The notes beneath the pieces were generated by a model. That model did not search any database and had not been told where the DNA came from. It worked only from the letters and a program-made list of their open reading frames with translations. DNA of 64,000 nucleotides from Candidatus Sumerlaeia bacterium (GTDB lineage Bacteria; Sumerlaeota; Sumerlaeia; SLMS01; JANRJK01): the NCBI GenBank assembly GCA_033764015.1, contig JANRJK010000030.1, positions 1 to 64,000 on the forward strand. Reading direction: 5' to 3'. Positions within the stretch are counted from its first letter, which is position 1, and each line of letters opens with the position of its first letter. The position numbers and the translations under genes were made by a program. Shown here piece by piece: positions 56,935-64,000 of this stretch.

Positions 56935-58728
56935 ATGACGCTCCCCGCCTTCTCCGACCCCCAGATTTCCGCCCGCATCGCGGAGTGGCAGTCGCCCGCC
57001 TTCGACGAGGGCACCCGCGCCGAGGTGCGGGCGCTCGAGGAGGCAGGCGACGCGAAGGAGCTGGAGGACCGCTTCTACCGGAAGCTCGAGTTCGGCACCG
57101 GCGGCCTGCGCGGCAAGCGCGGCGCCGGCACCAACCGCATGAACGAGACCGTCGTCGGCTGGGCAACGCAGGGGCTCGCCAACTACGTCGCCGCGCACGC
57201 GGAGCGCCCGGCGCCCCTGAAGGCGGCGATCGCCTACGACTGCCGCCACGGCTCGCCCCAGTACGCCCGCCGCGCCGCGTCGATCCTCGCCGCCAACGGC
57301 TTCACCGTCTACCTCTCGCCGGAGCTGCGCCCGACCCCCTGGCTCTCCTACGCCGTCCGCCAGCTCGTCTGCCACACCGGTATCGTCGTGACCGCGAGCC
57401 ACAATCCCAAGGAGTACAACGGCTACAAGGTGTACTGGGACGATGGCTCGCAGGTCGTCCCCCCGCACGACGCGGGCATCATCGCGGAGGTCGACGCGAT
57501 CAACTCGAACGCGCAGGTGAAGGCGTTGGATTACGACGCCGCCGTCGCGCAGGGGCGCATCCGCATCCTCGGGCCCGAGATGGACCGCGACTTCATCAAC
57601 GCGATCACCCTCCAGCGGTTCGACGAGGCGCGCTGCCGCGCGTCGAAGCAGCGCATCGTGTACACGCCGCTCCACGGGGCGGGCGGCACCATCGCCGTCA
57701 AGGCGCTCCGCCACTGGGGCTTCTCCGAGGTCTTCCCGGTCGAGGAGCAGATGGTCGTCGACGGCGACTTCCCGACCGCCGCCTCGCCGAACCCCGAGGA
57801 GGGCGCCGCGCTCGGGCGGGGCATCGCGCTCGCGGAGCGCCTCGAAGCCGATCTGGTGCTGGCGACCGACCCGGACGCCGACCGGCTCGGGATCGCCGTG
57901 CGGCACGGCGGCGCCTTCCGCCTGATGACGGGCAACCAGCTCGCCGCGCTCATGTGCGACTGGGTGCTCGGCGAGGGCGCCCGCACCGGGAAGCTCCCGG
58001 ACCGCCCCGGCGTGGTCACCACCATCGTCACCTCGCCGCTTTTCGGCCTGATCGCCAAGGCGCGCGGCGCGGGCTTCGCCGAGGTGCTCACCGGCTTCAA
58101 GTGGATCGCCCAGCAGATCCGCGACTGGGACGCGGAGGACGGCCCGCGCTTCGTCTACGGCTCGGAGGAATCCTACGGCTATATGATCGGTTCGCACTGC
58201 CGCGACAAGGACGGCATCGTCGCCTCCTGCGTGGTGGCGGAGATGGCCGCGGCGGCCGCGGCGGAGGGGCTCAGCCTCTTCGACAAGCTCCACGACCTCT
58301 ACGCCCGCCACGGCGTGCGCCACGAGTGGCAGCGCAACATGACCTTCCCCGGCAAGGAGGGCGCCGCCAAGATCGCCGGCATCCTGGACGCCATCCGCAC
58401 GAGCCCGCCCAAGTCCGTCGGCGGCAAGCCGGTGCTGCGCTACACGCGCGTCGACACCGGGGACATCCTCGACGGCCAGAGCGGCGCCCGGATCGGGAGG
58501 CTCCCGCTCCCTTCCTCGCCGGTCTTCATCTTCGACTTCGCGGACGGATCGAAGGCGATCGCGCGGCCCAGCGGCACCGAGCCCAAGATCAAGTTCTACT
58601 TCTTCCTCGCGGAGGAGGCGGCCGCAGGCATGTCGCGCGAAGGCGCGGAGGCTGCCGCCGCGCGCCTCGCCACGGAGGCCCCCGCATTCGAAGCCGCCTT
58701 CCTCGAGGCGATCGGCTACACCGGCTGA
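56935..58728 (+). CDS. pgm: Phosphoglucomutase/phosphomannomutase
   Basis: FGTGGLRG, TASHNP, TDPDADR, TGFKWI, EESYG, RPSGTEPKIK. Confidence 0.93.
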   Translation: MTLPAFSDPQISARIAEWQSPAFDEGTRAEVRALEEAGDAKELEDRFYRKLEFGTGGLRGKRGAGTNRMNETVVGWATQGLANYVAAHAERPAPLKAAIAYDCRHGSPQYARRAASILAANGFTVYLSPELRPTPWLSYAVRQLVCHTGIVVTASHNPKEYNGYKVYWDDGSQVVPPHDAGIIAEVDAINSNAQVKALDYDAAVAQGRIRILGPEMDRDFINAITLQRFDEARCRASKQRIVYTPLHGAGGTIAVKALRHWGFSEVFPVEEQMVVDGDFPTAASPNPEEGAALGRGIALAERLEADLVLATDPDADRLGIAVRHGGAFRLMTGNQLAALMCDWVLGEGARTGKLPDRPGVVTTIVTSPLFGLIAKARGAGFAEVLTGFKWIAQQIRDWDAEDGPRFVYGSEESYGYMIGSHCRDKDGIVASCVVAEMAAAAAAEGLSLFDKLHDLYARHGVRHEWQRNMTFPGKEGAAKIAGILDAIRTSPPKSVGGKPVLRYTRVDTGDILDGQSGARIGRLPLPSSPVFIFDFADGSKAIARPSGTEPKIKFYFFLAEEAAAGMSREGAEAAAARLATEAPAFEAAFLEAIGYTG

Positions 58729-59471
58729 TGGGGGACGCCGCGACGCTCGAACGCCTCCTCGCGGCCGGGCACCTCACCGCCGCGCAGGCGCGCCGCGTGA
58801 AGGCCGCCATGGCGCGCGGCACGTCCCTCGTCGAGGCGCTCCAGTCCACGCCGCTGGTCGAACCGCTCCACTTCCACCGCGCCGCCGCCGAAGCCGCCGC
58901 GGAACAGGACGCCCGCGACGCCGCCGAATGGCGCCCGGAGCCCATCGACGGTCCCATCGAGCCAGGCTCCGGCCTCGGCCGCGAGCACTTCCACGACATG
59001 CCCCCGCACCGCCACACCGCCGAGGCGGAGCCGCACCTGCCCGCCACCGCCGAGGAGCTGGCAACCCGCATCCAGCATCCCGCCGACCCGGCTCCCTACC
59101 GGCGCGGGGCCCCCGCTCCCGCGCTCCACCTCGGCGACCACGAGGGGATCCCGCTGGTGCGCGAACTCCACGGCCTGATCCAGGAGGTGATCGAGCACGA
59201 GGGGATCGCGCTGGAACTCGACACGCGCGACCAGCGCGCCGGCGTGGCCCGGATCTTCAACGCCGCCGGCCGCCTCGCCGCCCGCCGCCTCCTCGACCGC
59301 ACACGCACGGCCAAGATGGCCCACCACTTCCTCGTGAGGGCGCGCCTCCCCGCATGGAGCGGCAAGCCCATCGAGTCCTCGCTCGATGTCTCCCTCGACG
59401 CCGTGGAGTACCGCGTCCTGATCCACTCCGAGGCGGATCTTCTGCGCCTCTTCTTCACGAAGTCGCCGTAG
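58728..59471 (+). CDS. Hypothetical protein resembling degenerate N-terminal domains of PilB/GspE (no ATPase domain)
   Basis: TGATG coupling to pgm. N-terminal LERLLAAGHLTAAQ..SLVEAL and C-terminal PLVRELHGLIQEVI...LDAVEYRV. No Walker A motif. Confidence 0.55.
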   Translation: MGDAATLERLLAAGHLTAAQARRVKAAMARGTSLVEALQSTPLVEPLHFHRAAAEAAAEQDARDAAEWRPEPIDGPIEPGSGLGREHFHDMPPHRHTAEAEPHLPATAEELATRIQHPADPAPYRRGAPAPALHLGDHEGIPLVRELHGLIQEVIEHEGIALELDTRDQRAGVARIFNAAGRLAARRLLDRTRTAKMAHHFLVRARLPAWSGKPIESSLDVSLDAVEYRVLIHSEADLLRLFFTKSP

Positions 59472-59651
59472 GGGAGACCCCCCCCACGCCGGCCCCGGCC
59501 ACGGCGTGCCCCCATCTTCTTTCCGCCGGTCTTCGCGCCTTGCCTTGGCGAGTCGCGCCTTGGACTATCCCTCGCTACTCGGCTCCGCCGTGTCGCAATT
59601 GACCGCGCGGGCGCCTGCGCCCCGCCGCCTATCCAATTCCCGGAGTCCCCG

Positions 59652-62600
59652 ATGCGCCCTTTCCGCGCCGCCGCGGCCCTGCTGCTTGCCGCCATTCCCG
59701 CGCTCCCCAGCGCCCAGAACGGCACCGCCGCCTATGATGTCTCCCTCGAGCGCGAGACGCTGATCCCGAAGCGCGAAATCGGCGCCGACCGGTTCCTGTC
59801 GCGATTCCCCGAGTACGACGGCCGGGGCGTTGTCGTCGCGGTGTTCGACACCGGCGTGGATCCGGGCGCCCCCCACCTGCAAACGACGACGACCGACGAG
59901 CGCAAGATCCTCGACGTGATCGACGCCTCGGGGGCCGGCGATGTGGATATGACGACCACGGCGACGCTCGAAAACGGCAAGCTGAGGGGCCTCACGGGGC
60001 GCGAGCTGGCGATGCCCCCCGGCATCGCCGAGCCGAAGGGCGGCTTCCGCGTCGGCATCAAGCGCGGCGAGGACCTCTTCGACTGGTCCGTCCGCGGGCG
60101 GCTCAACGCCGAGCGCAAGCGCCTTTGGGAGCAGCGCCACAACGAGCTGCGCACGGAGCGCTTCAAGCGCCTCGAAGCGGCCCGCGCGGACCGCAAGCGC
60201 CCCGACGACGACACGCCGGACGACAAGCTGACTCCGGAGCAGCTCGAGGAGCGGCTCCGCGACCGGCACCTCGCGAAGCTCGAGGACGAATGGTTCGCCA
60301 GCGACACCGGGCCGATCTTCGACTGCGTGCTTTGGAACGACGGCGAGCACTGGCGCGCGCTGGTCGACACGGACGAGGACGGCGACCTAGCGGACGAGAA
60401 GGTGCTCCGCCCCTTCGGCGTCGCCGGCGAGTACGCCGACTTCGGCGACACGTCCTCCGCCACCTTCGCCATCCAAGTATACGACGGCGGCGACACGCTC
60501 TCCATCGTCACGGTCAGCGGTTCGCACGGGACGCATGTCGCCGGCATCATCGCCGCCCACGACCCGGAGGACCCGAAGCGCAACGGCGTCGCGCCGGGCG
60601 CGCAGATCGTCTCGGTGCGCATCGGCGACATCCGCCTCGGCGGCGGCAGCTCGAACCTCACCGGAGAGATGCGCGGCGTGGCCGTGTCCGCCCAGTACGG
60701 CGTGGACATCATGAACGCGAGCTGGGGCGGCTCCTCGACCTACCAGGACGGCAGCGACCTCGGCTGCGAGGTGTACACCAAGCTGGTGCGCGACTACGGC
60801 GTGGCGGCGTTCGTCTCCGCGGGCAACAACGGTCCCGCGCTCTCGACGCTGGGCAGCCCGGGCGGCGAGTGCCCCTCGGTGATCGGCGTCGGCGCCTACG
60901 TGTCGCCGGAGATGACCAAGGCGCTCTACTCGCAGCTCGAGGAGACCGGCGACACGCCGTTCAACTTCTCCTCGCGCGGGCCGGCGAAGTCCGGCGACCT
61001 CGGCGTGGACATCATGGCGCCGGGCGGCGCCATCGCCCCGGTGTCGCTCACCACGGTGCAGCCCGTCACGCTGATGAACGGCACATCGATGTCGTCGCCG
61101 TCGGCGGCGGGCGCGGGCGCGCTGCTCCTGAGCGCGGCGAAGCAGGAGGGGATCGCCGTCACGCCGGACCGCCTGCGCAAGGCGCTGATGAACTCCGCCA
61201 AGTTCGTCGAGGCCGTCGAGGTGTGGGCGCAGGGCGCCGGCCTGGTCCAGGTCCCCGAGGCGTTCGACTACCTGAAGTCCGTGAAGGACAACATCGCGCT
61301 CGACAAGTTCTACGACCTCTCGTCGAACGAGAACGAGCTGATCGCGGGGCCGGGCCTCTACCGCCGCGAGCCGCTCCCGCCGGGGCCCTTCGAAGCGTCG
61401 TTCTCCGTGAACGCGAACTTCCTCACCAACACGTCCAACGAGGTCCAGCGCCAGTTCAACGAGGACATCGTCCTCGAGGCGACCGCGCCCTGGGTCCGCG
61501 TGCCCAAGTACCTGAACGTGACCGGCGGCTCGCGGTCGGTGCGCTTCGAGATCGACCCGCCGCGCAACCGCGACGGCTCCGTGCACTACGCGGAAATCCA
61601 TGGCAAGCTGGCTTCCGCGCCGGAGGCCGGTCCGCTCTTCCGCTTCCCCATCACCATCGTCGATCCGATCGAGGTGCTCCCGGGCGAGCGCGACCGCGAG
61701 GCGCCCGCCGCCCTCGAGGTGACGCCGGGCCGGACGCTCCGGCGCTTCTACCACGTCCCCGAAGGCGCGAACCGCATCCACGTGCGCCTCACCCGCGACC
61801 AGGCCGACACGCGCGAGCGCACGCTCGAAGTGGTCGCGCAGTCGCTCGCGAGCGACCGCTCCTTCAGTTCGCTGAACAGCGAGCGCACGGTGCGCATCGC
61901 CTCGGGCGGCGTCGAGGAGCTGGTGCTGCCGGTGCTCCCCGGGCGCACGGCGGAACTCGCCATCTCGCAATCCTTCGGGAGCGCCGGCCCTACGAAGCTC
62001 GAGCTCACGACCCACTTCTCCGGCGTCGAGGCGGACCATGGGGCGGTGGCGCTCGGCGCCAACGACCCGCACGCGGTGCTCCGGCTCCGGGCGCCGCACC
62101 GGGCGCAAACCGTCGAGGTCTCCGCGAAGGTGGATGATGCCGTGTACGTGCTCTATCCGAAGAAGTCCGAGATGGTGCCCGGCGGCGACCGCGACGTGTT
62201 CCCGGCGGTGCGCGAGGGCGAGCAGCCCACACGCGTCTTCACCCTGCGCCAGACGTTCGAGTTCAACGCGCCGGAGAAGATGACGCTCCGCGGCCACTCG
62301 GTGCCCGACGCCGACGGCGTGACGGAGAACCTCGGCGGTGGCCTCGCCTTCGCCATCCACGAAAGCGGCAACCTCGTCTGGCGCGGCGGTCTGTCGAGCC
62401 GCGCGAGCATGGAGCTGCCGAAGGGCAAGACCACGATCCACCGCGAACTGCGGACCATGGACGAGGCCGCGCTGAAGCGCCTGGAGGAGGAGCCGCTGCT
62501 GCTGCGCTCCGCCGCGAAGACCGGCGCCGCGATGCGCGTGTACCCGGACGGCAAGGCGGCCGCCGGCGGGCGCGCCGGCTCGAGCGTACGACTCGTTCCC

Positions 62601-63686
62601 GGCCGCGACGCCGACATCTACCTGGCGCCCCCGGAGAAGCGCGCGGAGGCCCGCGGCGAGGCCGCCTACTACACCGGATCCGTCACGGTGAAGTCCGGCG
62701 ACACCACGTACCTCGAGATCCCGCTGCTCTACGCGCCGGGCGTCGAGAAGCCGCGCAAGCGCCCCGAGCCCGACGCAAAGCCGAAGACGAAGAAGAAGGA
62801 CGAGCTGGAGAAGCTCCGCGAGAAGCTCTACGACGAGCGCCTCGCCACGCTGCGCCTGCTCCGCACCAAGAAGGACGACGCCGCCACGACGCACTCGATC
62901 GTGCTTGCCGAGCTCCGCGCCGAGAAGCCCGAGGACCCGCGCCTCGACTTCGAGGAAGCCTACCGCGTCGCCTTCGACGCGGGCCTGCTGAAGACCTCCG
63001 CCGAGAAGGCGAAGGACGAGAAGAAGGAGGACGCGAAGGACGGGGAGGGAAGCAAGGAGGGCGACGGCGACGAGTCCGCCGAGGACGCCGCCGACGGCGC
63101 CGCAGGGGCGGAGGGCGAGGAGGACGCCAAGGACAAGGACGAGGAGGAGCAGCCCGCCGCCGAGGAGAAGGCGCCCGACACGTCGCGCATCGACGCGGTG
63201 TTCGCGCTGCTCGACCGCGTGGTGGAGCGCAACGAGCCCTCGCGCGTCGCGGAGTTCTTCGGCGCCAAGCCGGTCGCGGCCCCGGGAGACAAGGACGCGG
63301 AAGCGGAGATCGGCGAGGAGGAGAAGGAGCTGCGGCGCCAGCGCGACACGATCCGCGACGCGCACCTGCTCCGCGCCGAGATCCTGCTCACCGCGAAGCG
63401 CAACGACGAGGCCCGCAAGGCCCTCCTGGAAGCGCTGCGCTGGGAGGCGGACCGCACCGCGCCCTCCGACGCGCACAAGGCGCAGGAGGAGCGCCTCCTC
63501 GAAGCGGAGGGGAAGTACGCCACGGTCCTCGACCGCGTCGCCAAGAAACTGGCCGACGCGCCCTACGACAAGAAGCTCCTCGCGCGGCGCGCGGAACTCT
63601 GGCGCAAGCTCGGGTGGGACGACTGGGCGGCCGCCGAGGAGCAGCGCCGCAAGCTGCTGAAGGCGAGCAGCGGCGTGCGCTTCTGA
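59652..63686 (+). CDS. Secreted S8 peptidase, tripeptidyl-peptidase II homologue
   Basis: Signal peptide. LIPKREIGADRFLSRFPEYDGRGVVVAVFDTGVDPGA, a long Asp-His insert, HGTHVAGI, SAGNNGP, NGTSMSSP. 1344 aa with a helical C-terminus. Confidence 0.9.
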   Translation: MRPFRAAAALLLAAIPALPSAQNGTAAYDVSLERETLIPKREIGADRFLSRFPEYDGRGVVVAVFDTGVDPGAPHLQTTTTDERKILDVIDASGAGDVDMTTTATLENGKLRGLTGRELAMPPGIAEPKGGFRVGIKRGEDLFDWSVRGRLNAERKRLWEQRHNELRTERFKRLEAARADRKRPDDDTPDDKLTPEQLEERLRDRHLAKLEDEWFASDTGPIFDCVLWNDGEHWRALVDTDEDGDLADEKVLRPFGVAGEYADFGDTSSATFAIQVYDGGDTLSIVTVSGSHGTHVAGIIAAHDPEDPKRNGVAPGAQIVSVRIGDIRLGGGSSNLTGEMRGVAVSAQYGVDIMNASWGGSSTYQDGSDLGCEVYTKLVRDYGVAAFVSAGNNGPALSTLGSPGGECPSVIGVGAYVSPEMTKALYSQLEETGDTPFNFSSRGPAKSGDLGVDIMAPGGAIAPVSLTTVQPVTLMNGTSMSSPSAAGAGALLLSAAKQEGIAVTPDRLRKALMNSAKFVEAVEVWAQGAGLVQVPEAFDYLKSVKDNIALDKFYDLSSNENELIAGPGLYRREPLPPGPFEASFSVNANFLTNTSNEVQRQFNEDIVLEATAPWVRVPKYLNVTGGSRSVRFEIDPPRNRDGSVHYAEIHGKLASAPEAGPLFRFPITIVDPIEVLPGERDREAPAALEVTPGRTLRRFYHVPEGANRIHVRLTRDQADTRERTLEVVAQSLASDRSFSSLNSERTVRIASGGVEELVLPVLPGRTAELAISQSFGSAGPTKLELTTHFSGVEADHGAVALGANDPHAVLRLRAPHRAQTVEVSAKVDDAVYVLYPKKSEMVPGGDRDVFPAVREGEQPTRVFTLRQTFEFNAPEKMTLRGHSVPDADGVTENLGGGLAFAIHESGNLVWRGGLSSRASMELPKGKTTIHRELRTMDEAALKRLEEEPLLLRSAAKTGAAMRVYPDGKAAAGGRAGSSVRLVPGRDADIYLAPPEKRAEARGEAAYYTGSVTVKSGDTTYLEIPLLYAPGVEKPRKRPEPDAKPKTKKKDELEKLREKLYDERLATLRLLRTKKDDAATTHSIVLAELRAEKPEDPRLDFEEAYRVAFDAGLLKTSAEKAKDEKKEDAKDGEGSKEGDGDESAEDAADGAAGAEGEEDAKDKDEEEQPAAEEKAPDTSRIDAVFALLDRVVERNEPSRVAEFFGAKPVAAPGDKDAEAEIGEEEKELRRQRDTIRDAHLLRAEILLTAKRNDEARKALLEALRWEADRTAPSDAHKAQEERLLEAEGKYATVLDRVAKKLADAPYDKKLLARRAELWRKLGWDDWAAAEEQRRKLLKASSGVRF

Positions 63687-63711
63687 GCGGTTGCTTCCGC
63701 GCGGAAACGAA

Positions 63712-63750
63712 CCGGCCCCCCGCGCCTTGGCGCGGGGGGCCGGAGTGTTT
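63712..63750. terminator. Terminator hairpin between convergent genes
   Basis: CCGGCCCCCCGCGCC / GGCGCGGGGGGCCGG perfect inverted repeat (63712-63743). Confidence 0.72.
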
Positions 63751-63767
63751 CCGGGATCAGGGGGCCC

Positions 63768-64000
63768 TTAGCGGACGAACTTGGGCATCAGGTCGGCGCT
63801 GCTGAAGAGGCCCTTGATGCCGCGGGCGCGGAGTTCCATGCCCGCCTTCATCCAGCCGAACGCGGGGCCGAGGACGTTTGCCGCCATCGACGTGTCGTCG
63901 CCGAGCGTGAAGGTGTGGCTCGAGCGCTTCCCTTCGAACGTCACGCCGGTGAGCGTCATGTGCGTCGAGATCGGCTTCCTTGCGCGGCGCGTGTCGACGA
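63768..64000 (-). CDS. bioU: C-terminal part of a BioU-like protein (5' end outside the window)
   Basis: [53 protein letters not shown]...MPKFVR closely resembles the C-terminus of cyanobacterial BioU as recalled. Confidence 0.7.
   Translation of the reverse strand, partial: VDTRRARKPISTHMTLTGVTFEGKRSSHTFTLGDDTSMAANVLGPAFGWMKAGMELRARGIKGLFSSADLMPKFVR

Noticed and set aside
203..63476. Numerous long alternative-frame and antisense ORFs (e.g. 203-1645, 4343-6796, 28752-31676, 60387-63476)
   Set aside because: They are Arg/Ala/Gly/Pro-rich shadow ORFs overlapping well-supported genes, as expected from stop-codon scarcity at high GC.
10399..63743. Four long perfect GC hairpins as a REP/MITE family
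   Set aside because: Their sequences differ apart from short GC cores, and each lies between convergent genes. Terminators are the simpler explanation.

Overview
High-GC bacterial genomic window with about 50 densely packed CDSs. No rRNA, tRNA or CRISPR array was recognised. The left edge appears to be the end of an IS1182-like insertion sequence. The right edge cuts a bioU-like gene. Housekeeping genes are scattered rather than in their usual operons: ruvC, ptsH, cinA, an orphan nuoD, pilT/pilU, a fused E1 plus E2 2-oxoacid dehydrogenase, lat, folE, adk, glgB, rpsO, dapB and a phosphoglucomutase. They are interspersed with signalling proteins (cyclase-kinase fusion, FHA-GAF-HD-GYP, kinase-FGE, membrane-anchored ECF sigma) and many exported proteins. 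Main observations: (1) four unrelated exported proteins end in a similar short tail (GWIVR*, GWTLY*, SWQSYQ*, GLLVR*), a candidate lineage-specific C-terminal sorting signal; (2) a signal-peptide-bearing, eukaryote-type tripeptidyl-peptidase II homologue that seems to lack the double-Glu substrate ruler; (3) a LarA-fold protein lacking the catalytic His residues and the cofactor-tethering Lys; (4) an ATPase-less PilB/GspE-like protein and a PilU with a long Pro-rich tail; (5) a DUF1800-DUF1501(Tat)-DNRLRE-like operon. The style of the proteome suggests Candidatus Sumerlaeota (BRC1) or a similar lineage, but this is inference only. All family calls come from motif recognition by eye, not from database searches. 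Start codons were re-chosen manually from RBS and overlap evidence.
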